A stretch of 64,000 nt of DNA from an uncultured Clostridia bacterium (GTDB lineage: Bacteria; Bacillota; Clostridia; TANB77; CAG-465). A model generated the notes under the pieces. That model had not been told where the DNA came from. It worked only from the letters and a program-made list of their open reading frames with translations, and made no database searches. This document shows, one piece after another, positions 16,594-25,392 of the stretch. The stretch lies in assembly GCA_947627255.1 (NCBI GenBank), contig CANQVI010000002.1, forward strand, positions 47 to 64,046. Reading direction: 5' to 3'. Each line of letters starts with the position of its first letter. Position 1 is the first letter of the stretch. The translations under genes and the position numbers were made by a program.

Positions 16594-17988
16594 ATGAGTT
16601 TAAAATATGAGAAAAAAGATATTTATTCTTCTATTACAGAAGAAGAAATTTTTAATGCTGATGGTTATGCAAAAAGCTATATGGAGTTTTTAGATAAAGC
16701 AAGAACAGAGTATCTTGCTGTTGAAGAAGCAGTTAAAATTTTGGAAATGAATGGTTTTGTATCACTTGATGAAAGACCTGCTTTAGAAATAGGAGATAGA
16801 GTTTATTTTATAAATAAAAATAAATCATTATATGTAGCTGTAATTGGAAGTGAAGAACTAGTAAAAGGTGTAAATATAGTTGGTGCTCATATTGATAGTC
16901 CAAGACTAGATTTAAAACCTATGCCATTAATTGAAAAAAGTGGTGCAGCACTACTAAAAACACAATATTATGGTGGTATCAAAAAATATCAATGGATGTC
17001 TATACCTCTTGCTATGTATGGAGTTGTATATAATAAAGATGGAGAAATGATTAAAGTAGCTATTGGAGAAGAAGATGATGACCCTGTATTTACTATAGCT
17101 GATTTGTTACCTCATCTTGCTAAAGACCAACTAAAACTTAATGCAAATGATTTTATTGACCCTGAAAAAATGAGTGTATTAGTTGGCTCAATAAAAGATA
17201 GAGATGCAGAAAGTAAAGAGACAGAAAAAGTTAAAGCTAACATATTAAAAATATTAAATGAAAAATATAATATAGAAGAAATAGATTTTGCAAGAAGTGA
17301 GATTTCTTTTGTTCCAGCATTTAAAACTAAATTTATCGGTTTAGACAAAGGATTAATTGGTGGTTATGGTCAAGATGATAGAGTATGTGCATATGCAACA
17401 ATAAGAGCAATTATTGATGCAGCAGATGAGGCACAAGATGTATCTAAAACAATGATAGCCATGATAGTAGATAAAGAGGAAATAGGAAGTATTGGAACAA
17501 CATCTATGAGTTCTCGTGCTTTTGATATGTTTATAAATAAAATAATTGAAAAAACAAATAGTATGGGAATAGATAAACTAGAAGTTTTCTATAATTCTAA
17601 AGTTTTATCTGCTGATGTAACAGCTGGTGTATCACCAGAATATGAAGAAGTTTCAGATATACAAAATGGTAGTATGTTAGGTTGCGGTGTATCTTTAGAA
17701 AAATATACTGGCTCTGGCGGTAAATATAATGCAAGTGATGCAAATGCAAGTTATATGTCTGAAATAATGGGATTATTTGAGAGAAATAACGTAATGTTCC
17801 AAGTTGGTACACTAGGAAAAATTGGAAAAGGTGGCGGTGGTACTATCGCATACATACTTGCAGATAAAGGATGTGAAGTTGTAGATTGTGGTACACCTGT
17901 ACTTGCTATGCATTCACCATTTGAAGTTACATCAAAATATGATGTTTATATGACATATCTTGCATATAAAGCATTTTATAAGGAGTAG
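16594..17988 (+). CDS. M18 family aminopeptidase
   Basis: GAHIDSPRLDLKP, GYGQDDRVCAY, DKEEIGS, MHSPFEV motifs. Confidence 0.8.
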   Translation: MSLKYEKKDIYSSITEEEIFNADGYAKSYMEFLDKARTEYLAVEEAVKILEMNGFVSLDERPALEIGDRVYFINKNKSLYVAVIGSEELVKGVNIVGAHIDSPRLDLKPMPLIEKSGAALLKTQYYGGIKKYQWMSIPLAMYGVVYNKDGEMIKVAIGEEDDDPVFTIADLLPHLAKDQLKLNANDFIDPEKMSVLVGSIKDRDAESKETEKVKANILKILNEKYNIEEIDFARSEISFVPAFKTKFIGLDKGLIGGYGQDDRVCAYATIRAIIDAADEAQDVSKTMIAMIVDKEEIGSIGTTSMSSRAFDMFINKIIEKTNSMGIDKLEVFYNSKVLSADVTAGVSPEYEEVSDIQNGSMLGCGVSLEKYTGSGGKYNASDANASYMSEIMGLFERNNVMFQVGTLGKIGKGGGGTIAYILADKGCEVVDCGTPVLAMHSPFEVTSKYDVYMTYLAYKAFYKE

Positions 17989-17994
17989 ACTATA

Positions 17995-19113
17995 GTGTTT
18001 AAAACATTATTAAAAAATACAGATTATATATTGATTATAACTGTACTAGCGTTATTTGTTATAGGTGTATTTGGCATATATAGTGCTGGTCATAATGATG
18101 CAGATAATACTGAATATATAAAACAAATAGCATGGTTTTCAGCTGTTTTTGTTGTTGCAATATTTTTATGGGCAATAGATACATCAATGTTTGAAATATT
18201 TGGCTATATACTATATGCAGTAAGCTTAGTGTTATTAATAGTAGTATTAGCCATGCCGTCAATTTATGGTGCTAGTAGCTGGTTTAGAATTGGAGGCTTT
18301 TCATATCAACCATCTGAGCTTATGAAAATTGGATTTATCATTTGTACAGCTAAGGTTATGTCAATGTATATAGAAAACAGAGAGTCACCACAGCCTAATA
18401 ATAAGAAAAAAATAATATTACTTTTGGTAATTGCTACACTATTTGCAGTGCCAATGCTTTTAATAATTCTTCAACCAGACTTTGGAACTGCGTTAGTATA
18501 TATCATGATACTTGCTTTTATGGTGTTTAAATTAGGCTTAAAATATAGATACATTATTGTAGGTATACTTTTACTTGCAGTTTTATTACCAACAGTATAT
18601 AACTTTTTACCAGAACATGCTAAAACAAGAATAGATGTATTTTTAAATCCAGAATTAGATCCATTAGGTGATGGATATAATGCTATACAATCTAAAATTG
18701 CAGTTGGCGCAGGAATGTTTTTAGGAACTGGATTTCTTAAAGGCTCACAAACTCAGTATGATTATTTACCAGTTCAGTCTTCAGATTTTATATTTTCGGT
18801 TATTTCGGAAGAAATGGGCTTTGTAGTATCTGCACTTGTTGTAATATTATATTTAGTAATGCTTTTAAGAATATTAAAAATATCATCTGATGCTAGAGAT
18901 AATTTTTCATCATTTATTGCAATAGGTATTGCTGGTATGTTTACATTTCATTTTATTGAAAATATAGGAATGACAATAGGCTTACTTCCAATAACTGGAG
19001 TTCCATTACCATTTGTAAGCTATGGTGGAAGTAACTTGCTTACATCAGGGGTTGCAATAGGATTGTTATTAAATATTTCGGCAAGAAAAACACAAAATAC
19101 ATTTTTTGGATAA
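17995..19113 (+). CDS. FtsW/RodA/SpoVE (SEDS) family peptidoglycan polymerase
   Basis: ~10 TM segments. QPSELMKI, LQPDFGTAL, SDFIFSVISEE, PITGVPLPFVSYGGSN. GTG start after AAGGAG. Confidence 0.88.
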   Translation: MFKTLLKNTDYILIITVLALFVIGVFGIYSAGHNDADNTEYIKQIAWFSAVFVVAIFLWAIDTSMFEIFGYILYAVSLVLLIVVLAMPSIYGASSWFRIGGFSYQPSELMKIGFIICTAKVMSMYIENRESPQPNNKKKIILLLVIATLFAVPMLLIILQPDFGTALVYIMILAFMVFKLGLKYRYIIVGILLLAVLLPTVYNFLPEHAKTRIDVFLNPELDPLGDGYNAIQSKIAVGAGMFLGTGFLKGSQTQYDYLPVQSSDFIFSVISEEMGFVVSALVVILYLVMLLRILKISSDARDNFSSFIAIGIAGMFTFHFIENIGMTIGLLPITGVPLPFVSYGGSNLLTSGVAIGLLLNISARKTQNTFFG

Positions 19114-19120
19114 AATTAGA

Positions 19121-19150
19121 AAGAGGACATATGAAAATATGTCTTCTTTT
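19121..19150 (+). terminator. Rho-independent terminator after the SEDS gene
   Basis: AGAGGACATAT-gaaa-ATATGTCTTCT followed by TTT. Confidence 0.7.
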
Positions 19151-19242
19151 GAGTTGTGCTTGTTTTTTTTACATAATTGTGATATACTTCTTTGCACATA
19201 CAAAAAAGATAAAACCTCAGTAGATTTAAGGAGGGATGAAAT

Positions 19243-19410
19243 ATGATTATTAAAATTATTATTATCGCAATAGTAATTTACATAGCAGTTTTAGCATTAT
19301 TTTGTATTTTTTTGAAAGGTGCAACAAAGAATGGAAACGAGTATGACGAACGAAGGGAAATTGATAAGGTGTTTAAGAAAATATATGGTGATCAGTACAA
19401 AAGCAAATAG
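19243..19410 (+). CDS. Small membrane protein, 55 aa, below the ORF-track size cut-off
   Basis: AAGGAGGG RBS 7 nt before the ATG. Sequence: MIIKIIIIAIVIYIAVLALFCIFLKGATKNGNEYDERREIDKVFKKIYGDQYKSK. Extended -10 TGaTATACT at 19180-19188. A terminator hairpin starts immediately after the stop. Confidence 0.6.
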   Translation: MIIKIIIIAIVIYIAVLALFCIFLKGATKNGNEYDERREIDKVFKKIYGDQYKSK

Positions 19411-19438
19411 GAGAAGTATTAATATACTTCTCTTTAAT
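19411..19438 (+). terminator. Terminator hairpin after the 55-aa ORF
   Basis: GAGAAGTAT-taat-ATACTTCTC followed by TTTAATT. Confidence 0.6.
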
Positions 19439-19440
19439 TC

Positions 19441-19469
19441 TTGCAATTTATGTAGAATTGTAGTATTAT
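19441..19469 (+). promoter_or_regulatory. Candidate sigma-A promoter for dus
   Basis: TTGCAA, 17 nt, TATTAT. Confidence 0.45.
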
Positions 19470-19494
19470 ATTATAGAGAAAAAGGAAATTTGAA

Positions 19495-20490
19495 ATGTTA
19501 GAAAATTACATAAAACCAATAAAAATAGGAAATATTGAAATAAAAAATAATGTATTTTTAGCTCCAATGGCTGGTGTTACAGATATACCATTTAGAAAAA
19601 TATGTAGAAAATTTAATCCTGGACTTACATATACTGAAATGGCAAGCACAAAAGCTATGGAGTTTAATAGTGATAAAACAGAAAAAATACTACAGATAAT
19701 GGAAGATGAAAGACCATCTATTGTTCAAATATTTGGAAATGATAAAGAAGTAATAAAAAACACAATAGAAAAATTAAATAATGATGATACAATAGATATT
19801 ATAGATATAAATATGGGATGCCCTGCTCCTAAACTAGTAAAAAATGGTGATGGAGCTGGTTTACTTTTAGATTTAAAAAAAGTTGAAGAAATTATTAAGA
19901 TGGCAACATCAGTATCTAAAAAACCAATAACTGTAAAAACTAGAAAAGGCTTTAATGATAATATAATTACCGCTGTTGAAGTGGCTAAAATATGTGAAAA
20001 ATATGGGGTTTCTATGATAACTATCCATGGAAGAACACGTGAAGAATATTATAGTGGTAAAGCAGATTTAGATATTATAAAAAAAGTTAAAGAAGAAGTA
20101 AAGATTCCTGTAATTGGAAATGGAGATATAGTAGATTTAGAGAGTGCTAAGAGAATGTTTGAATATACAGGATGTGACGGAATAATGATTGCAAGAGGTG
20201 CACAAGGTAATCCATGGATATTTAAAAGTATATTAGATTCTAAAGAATATACTCCAACTTTAAAAGAAAGATTAGATATAATTTTAGAACATATAAATTA
20301 TGCATATGAAAATGAAGTAAATAAAAAACAAGCTGTATTAAAGATGAGAAAGCATATTGCTTGGTATTTGAAAGGACTTCCTAATAGTTCATATGTTAAA
20401 GATAAAATAAACAAAGAAGAAAATATTGAAAGTGTAATTAATATGCTTAAACAATATTTTAAGGAGTTGGAAATTTCTAGTGATAAGTAA
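19495..20490 (+). CDS. dus: tRNA-dihydrouridine synthase
   Basis: LAPMAGVTDIPFR, DINMGCPAPK, TIHGRTR, GNGDI, IARGAQGNPWIF. Confidence 0.9.
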   Translation: MLENYIKPIKIGNIEIKNNVFLAPMAGVTDIPFRKICRKFNPGLTYTEMASTKAMEFNSDKTEKILQIMEDERPSIVQIFGNDKEVIKNTIEKLNNDDTIDIIDINMGCPAPKLVKNGDGAGLLLDLKKVEEIIKMATSVSKKPITVKTRKGFNDNIITAVEVAKICEKYGVSMITIHGRTREEYYSGKADLDIIKKVKEEVKIPVIGNGDIVDLESAKRMFEYTGCDGIMIARGAQGNPWIFKSILDSKEYTPTLKERLDIILEHINYAYENEVNKKQAVLKMRKHIAWYLKGLPNSSYVKDKINKEENIESVINMLKQYFKELEISSDK

Positions 20491-21283
20491 AAATAGTAAG
20501 CAAATAATACTATCTAATATGCCAAATAAAGAAGAAAGAATGAAAGTATCTAATATAATAGATAAAGCAAATAAATGTGATGCTCTTTCAAAAATAACTA
20601 GTACAACATTTTTAGATTTAAATGAAGTAAAAATAATAAAGGCAATATTAAATAGAGAAAACGTAAAATATGAAATATTTTATCCAAATGAATATTGCGA
20701 AAAAGCTATTATATATTTTTTGCCAGACTATATGTCAAAAAGTGAAATAAATAATAGTGATTTTATTTCTTGTATAAAGATAAAAGCAAAAGATATGCCA
20801 AAATTAAGACATAAAGATTTTATGGGTAGTATTTACTCACTTGGAATAAAAAATGACGTTATAGGGGATATATTTCTCACACAGGAGGGTTGCTATTTAC
20901 ACATATGCAAATCAATAGAGAAATTTATCTTAGATAATCTATTTAAAGTAGCAAATCAAGAAGTAGCTTGTTATGATATAGATATTGATTCAAAAGAGGC
21001 AAAGAAGCTTAAAATTGAATATATAACTAAAAGCTATATTATACCATCAAGAAGAATAGATGTATTACTTTCAGAAGTTTATTCTTTAAGTAGAAAAGAA
21101 ACTAAGGATAAAATAGTATCAGGTGATTTATATATTAACGCTAAAGAATGTATAAATCCATCTGAGGAATTTGAATATAATGATATTGTTTCATTTAGAA
21201 AGTGCGGAAAATTAAAAGTTGGTAATGAAATTAGGAAAACTAAGAGTGGTAATATCTGTATAGATATATATAAATATAAGTAA
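20480..21283 (+). CDS. YlmH-like S4-domain RNA-binding protein
   Basis: C-terminal S4-type segment RRIDVLLSEVYSLSRKETKDKIVSGDLYINAKE. The size (267 aa) fits YlmH-like proteins. GTG start overlaps the dus end. Confidence 0.55.
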   Translation: MISKNSKQIILSNMPNKEERMKVSNIIDKANKCDALSKITSTTFLDLNEVKIIKAILNRENVKYEIFYPNEYCEKAIIYFLPDYMSKSEINNSDFISCIKIKAKDMPKLRHKDFMGSIYSLGIKNDVIGDIFLTQEGCYLHICKSIEKFILDNLFKVANQEVACYDIDIDSKEAKKLKIEYITKSYIIPSRRIDVLLSEVYSLSRKETKDKIVSGDLYINAKECINPSEEFEYNDIVSFRKCGKLKVGNEIRKTKSGNICIDIYKYK

Positions 21284-21293
21284 AGGAGATAAA

Positions 21294-22589
21294 ATGAAAG
21301 TAGCTTTTTTTACACTTGGATGTAAAGTAAATCAGTATGAAACTGATTTAATGATGAAGAAATTTGTAGATAAAAATTATGAAATTTGTGATTTTAAAGA
21401 AAAAGCAGATGTCTATGTTATTAATTCATGTAGTGTAACTAACCTTTCTACTAGAAAAACAAGACAATATTTAAGTAGAGCTAAAAAAATGGGTGGAATA
21501 GTTATACTAGCTGGATGCTATGCTCAAGAGATAAATGATGAGAAAGAATTACAAAATGTAGATATAATAATAGGAAATCAAGAAAAAAATGATATAGTTA
21601 ATATATTAGAAGACTATATTAAAAATAATACCAAAAAAGTATCATATAAAGTAAGTAAAATTGGAAATGTAAAAAGATATATTCAAGATGAGAATTTAAA
21701 AAAAGGAAGAGAAATAAGAGAAAGTGTAAAAATCGAAGATGGATGTAATAATTTTTGTTCATATTGTATTATTCCATATGTTAGAGGCAGAGTAAGAAGT
21801 AGAAACATAGATGATATTATTTCAGAAGTAAAATCTCTTGTAAAAAGTGGTGTAGGAGAAGTTGTACTTGTTGGAATAGAAATTGCCTCATATGGAAAAG
21901 ATAATAATGATGAGAATATTAATTTAATTGACGTTATAGAAAAGGTAGCTCAAATCGAAGATTTAAAAAGAATAAGATTAGGTTCATTAGAGCCAAGAAT
22001 TCTTACAGAAGAAAATATAAAAAGAATGGCAAAAATAAATAAATTGTGTCCACATTTTCATATATCAGTTCAAAGTTTAGATAATAATGTATTAAAAAGA
22101 ATGAATAGAAAATATACAAGAGAAGATATATTTAAAATAGTAGAGCTAATAAGAAATAATTTTGAAAATCCAGCTTTTACTTGTGATATAATAGTTGGAT
22201 TTCCGGGTGAAACAAATGAGGAATTTAAAAATACCATTGATGGAGTAAAAAAAGTAGGCTTTTATGAAGTACATGCATTTAAATATTCTAAAAGAAAATG
22301 GACTTTAGCTGCAAATATGGAAAATCAAGTAGATGGAAATATTGCTCAAGCAAGAAGTGAAGAATTAATAGCACTTGCAAATAAACAAAAAAGTGAATAT
22401 ATTAAAAACTCTCTAAATAGAAAAACAAATATTTTAGTAGAATCTCAAGATGAAAAGTATGCATATGGATATACACCAAATTATATAATGGCAAAAATAG
22501 ATAAAAAGGAAAATATAGTAGGTAAAGAAATACAAGTAATTTTACAAGAAATAGACAAAGATTATGTAATAGCAAAGGAAATAGAATAA
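21294..22589 (+). CDS. mtaB: Radical-SAM methylthiotransferase, MtaB-like (MiaB family)
   Basis: UPF0004 N-domain (FFTLGCKVNQYE), radical SAM CNNFCSYCIIPYVRG, C-terminal TRAM-like segment. The 431-aa size fits MtaB rather than MiaB. Confidence 0.75.
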   Translation: MKVAFFTLGCKVNQYETDLMMKKFVDKNYEICDFKEKADVYVINSCSVTNLSTRKTRQYLSRAKKMGGIVILAGCYAQEINDEKELQNVDIIIGNQEKNDIVNILEDYIKNNTKKVSYKVSKIGNVKRYIQDENLKKGREIRESVKIEDGCNNFCSYCIIPYVRGRVRSRNIDDIISEVKSLVKSGVGEVVLVGIEIASYGKDNNDENINLIDVIEKVAQIEDLKRIRLGSLEPRILTEENIKRMAKINKLCPHFHISVQSLDNNVLKRMNRKYTREDIFKIVELIRNNFENPAFTCDIIVGFPGETNEEFKNTIDGVKKVGFYEVHAFKYSKRKWTLAANMENQVDGNIAQARSEELIALANKQKSEYIKNSLNRKTNILVESQDEKYAYGYTPNYIMAKIDKKENIVGKEIQVILQEIDKDYVIAKEIE

Positions 22590-22613
22590 GAAGCAATTTT
22601 TTGCTTCTTTTTC
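22588..22613 (+). terminator. Rho-independent terminator after mtaB
   Basis: AAGAAGCAA-tttt-TTGCTTCTT followed by TTTC. Confidence 0.75.
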
Positions 22614-22696
22614 ATTTTCGTATTATGTATATATTACTTGAAAAAAAATAAAAAAAGTTATATAATCTGATAGAGGTTAATAGGGGGATAAGATAT

Positions 22697-22951
22697 ATGA
22701 GAAGATTATTTATACTTATATTTTGTATACTAGGGTTGATTGTTGGTGTAATTATTGGTGAACAAATGACTGGAGCCCTAAGTTGGTTAGGACTTGGCGG
22801 TACAATAGGTTTTACAGATCCGTTGGTATTAGATTTAAAAGTAATTGTCTTAACTTTAGGATTTTGGTGCAAAATTAATGTTGGTGGTGTAATTGGACTT
22901 GTAATCTTTGCACTTTTATCAAAATGGATAACAGGATGGTTAAGAATATAA
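22697..22951 (+). CDS. Small membrane protein upstream of mreB (DUF4321-like)
   Basis: 84 aa, hydrophobic, GGGGGA RBS. Position immediately 5' of mreB, as for DUF4321 proteins in Clostridia (recalled, not searched). Confidence 0.6.
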   Translation: MRRLFILIFCILGLIVGVIIGEQMTGALSWLGLGGTIGFTDPLVLDLKVIVLTLGFWCKINVGGVIGLVIFALLSKWITGWLRI

Positions 22952-22982
22952 AAAATAGCACAATATAAGAAGGAGAAGTAAT

Positions 22983-23999
22983 ATGAAATCGATGTCAAAA
23001 GAAATAGGAATAGATTTAGGAACATCTTATACTAGAATCAGTGTAAGAGGGAGAGGCTTAGTATTAACTGAGCCTACAGTAGTAGCAATAAATAAAATAA
23101 CAGGTGAAATATTAGCAGTTGGCAATCAAGCAAAAGAAATGCTTGGAAGAACTCCAGAAAATATAGTTGCGGTAAAGCCTTTAAAAGATGGTATTATTGC
23201 AGATTTTGAAGCTACTAGAATGTTGATTCAAAATTTAGTATATAGAGTAATGCCAAGAAGCCTTTTTTATAAGCCAAAGATAGTAATAACTATTCCATCT
23301 GCTATAACAGATGTTGAAGAAAGAGCAGTAGAAGGAGTAGGATATAAAGCTGGTGCTAAAGCTGTATACTTAATGGAAGAAGTTATGGCAGGAGCAATAG
23401 GTGCTGGGCTTGAAATTGAAAAACCAGAAGGCTGTATGATAGTAGATATAGGTGGCGGTACTTCTGAGATGGCAGTACTATCTTTAGGTGGTGTTGTTAT
23501 TGAAAACTCTGTTAAAGTTGCAGGAGATAAATTAGATAAAGATATAGTTGAATATATAAGGGCAAAATTTAATGTATTAATAGGTGAAACAGAAGCAGAA
23601 GAAATAAAAAAGCAAATTGGTACAGCAAGTGCAGCTATGACTGAAGAAAAAGTAAGTGTTAAGGGAAGAAACTTATCTACTGGTCTTCCAGAAACTGTAA
23701 CAGTTACTACTTTTGACATCAATCAAGCAATGAAAGATTCACTAGAAATAATTTTAAAAACTATTAAAACAACATTAGAAAAAACACCTCCAGAACTTGC
23801 ATCTGACGTTATGGGAAAAGGAATAGTGTTATGTGGAGGAGGCTCACATCTTAAAAATATAGATAGATATATATCTGAGCAAACAGGAATACCAGTATTT
23901 ATTGCTGAATCTGCATCAGAATGTGTTGCTAGAGGACTTTCTCTTGCTTTAGATAATATAGAAGTATTAAAAAAATCAGTTAAAACAAAAAAAGGATAG
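22983..23999 (+). CDS. mreB: Rod shape-determining protein MreB
   Basis: IGIDLGTS, VKPLKDGIIADF, DIGGGTSE, GIVLCGGGSHL. Confidence 0.96.
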   Translation: MKSMSKEIGIDLGTSYTRISVRGRGLVLTEPTVVAINKITGEILAVGNQAKEMLGRTPENIVAVKPLKDGIIADFEATRMLIQNLVYRVMPRSLFYKPKIVITIPSAITDVEERAVEGVGYKAGAKAVYLMEEVMAGAIGAGLEIEKPEGCMIVDIGGGTSEMAVLSLGGVVIENSVKVAGDKLDKDIVEYIRAKFNVLIGETEAEEIKKQIGTASAAMTEEKVSVKGRNLSTGLPETVTVTTFDINQAMKDSLEIILKTIKTTLEKTPPELASDVMGKGIVLCGGGSHLKNIDRYISEQTGIPVFIAESASECVARGLSLALDNIEVLKKSVKTKKG

Positions 24000-24004
24000 A
24001 ATAA

Positions 24005-24850
24005 ATGGATTATAGATATGATTTTTCAAATAATAAAGAAAGAAACAGAAAAAAGATAATTTTTATAGTTATATTTTCTATACTAGTTATAATGTTTGTT
24101 GCATTTTTCTTTAGAAATAGTAACAATAAACTTGTATCTTCAATATCAAGTGTGGTATCTTCGCCTATAAATTGGGTATATTCTATTTTTAATAAAACAT
24201 CTAATGGTATATCTGATTCTTTTACAAATGTAGATGAATTAAGAGCTGAAAATGAAAGATTATCACAGGAAAATGAACAGCTAAAATTAGAGATTTTAGA
24301 GTCTCAAAAAATATTAGATGAAAATGCTACATTAAAGCAGATGCTAAATATTCAAAAAGAATATCAGCATTTTAAACTAGTTATGGGAAATATTATATAT
24401 CGTGAACACGATAATTGGACTCAGACTTTTACAATTAATGTAGGTAAGAATGATGGAATAGAATTAAATCAGACTGTTGTTCATGAAAAAGGACTTGTAG
24501 GATATATATCAGGTGTTACAGATAATACTGCTGTTGTTACTACACTTCTTGATCCATCATCTTCTGTTAGTGTTAATATAAGCACAGTAAATGAGCCAGC
24601 AGTTGTAAATGGAGATTTAGAATTAAAATCACAAAATAAATTAAAATTAACATATATTCCATTAGATACAGAAATAGCAGTTTCAGATATGCTATATACT
24701 TCTGGAATAGGTTTGATGTATCCAAGTTCAATTCCAGTGGGAAAAATTATAAGTATTGTAAATAACAAAAATGATGTAAATAGATATGCTTTAGTTGAAC
24801 CATCTGTAGATATAAGTAAAATTTCTGAAGTTGCAGTAATAATAAATTAG
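24005..24850 (+). CDS. mreC: Rod shape-determining protein MreC
   Basis: N-terminal TM, coiled-coil (LRAENERLSQENEQLKLE), beta-rich C-domain (GLVGYISGV, YTSGIGLMYPSSIPVGKI). Position after mreB. Confidence 0.88.
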   Translation: MDYRYDFSNNKERNRKKIIFIVIFSILVIMFVAFFFRNSNNKLVSSISSVVSSPINWVYSIFNKTSNGISDSFTNVDELRAENERLSQENEQLKLEILESQKILDENATLKQMLNIQKEYQHFKLVMGNIIYREHDNWTQTFTINVGKNDGIELNQTVVHEKGLVGYISGVTDNTAVVTTLLDPSSSVSVNISTVNEPAVVNGDLELKSQNKLKLTYIPLDTEIAVSDMLYTSGIGLMYPSSIPVGKIISIVNNKNDVNRYALVEPSVDISKISEVAVIIN

Positions 24851-24858
24851 GTGATAAT

Positions 24859-25374
24859 ATGAAGAATATTTTAAAGACATTTTATATTTTAATTTTATTT
24901 ATATTTTCACTAGTTATTCAATTATTTGTATTTAACAATATAAATCTATTTGGAGTTAAACCAAATATTTTATTTATATCATGTATTGTTATGGGATTAT
25001 ATACTAATATCTATTTAAGTACAATATACTCTTTTACATTAGGAGTAGTTGTTGATTTGCTATTTGGTAGTTTGGGTATGTTTACTATATCTTATACTGC
25101 TGTAGGAATGCTTATTGGATTTGTTGGACAAAATTATATAAAGGAAAATTATGTATCAATACTAATTTTAACAGCAATAAGTGTAACACTATTTGAAATT
25201 ATACAATATGTTCAGACTATGATAAAAATATCTAAATATATAAGTTTCATATTTTTATTTAAAGAATTAATAATAAGTATAATGTTAAATGTTGTATTGG
25301 TATTTATATTATGCTTTACATTTGGAAAATTAATGGAATATATAGATAAAAAACAAAACAAATTATATTGGTAG
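24859..25374 (+). CDS. mreD: Rod shape-determining protein MreD
   Basis: 171-aa polytopic membrane protein directly after mreC. Confidence 0.75.
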   Translation: MKNILKTFYILILFIFSLVIQLFVFNNINLFGVKPNILFISCIVMGLYTNIYLSTIYSFTLGVVVDLLFGSLGMFTISYTAVGMLIGFVGQNYIKENYVSILILTAISVTLFEIIQYVQTMIKISKYISFIFLFKELIISIMLNVVLVFILCFTFGKLMEYIDKKQNKLYW

Positions 25375-25392
25375 TTGAGAGGGGGCACAAGT

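Noticed and set aside
19319-19501. 60-aa + strand ORF (MQQRMETSM...)
   Set aside because: It has no RBS. It spans the terminator hairpin and the dus promoter, and it overlaps the better-supported 55-aa ORF in another frame.
22612-23025. 137-aa minus-strand ORF spanning the DUF4321/mreB junction
   Set aside because: It is antisense to a small membrane protein gene that has a good RBS, and it also covers the mreB start. It has no RBS and its composition looks like noise.
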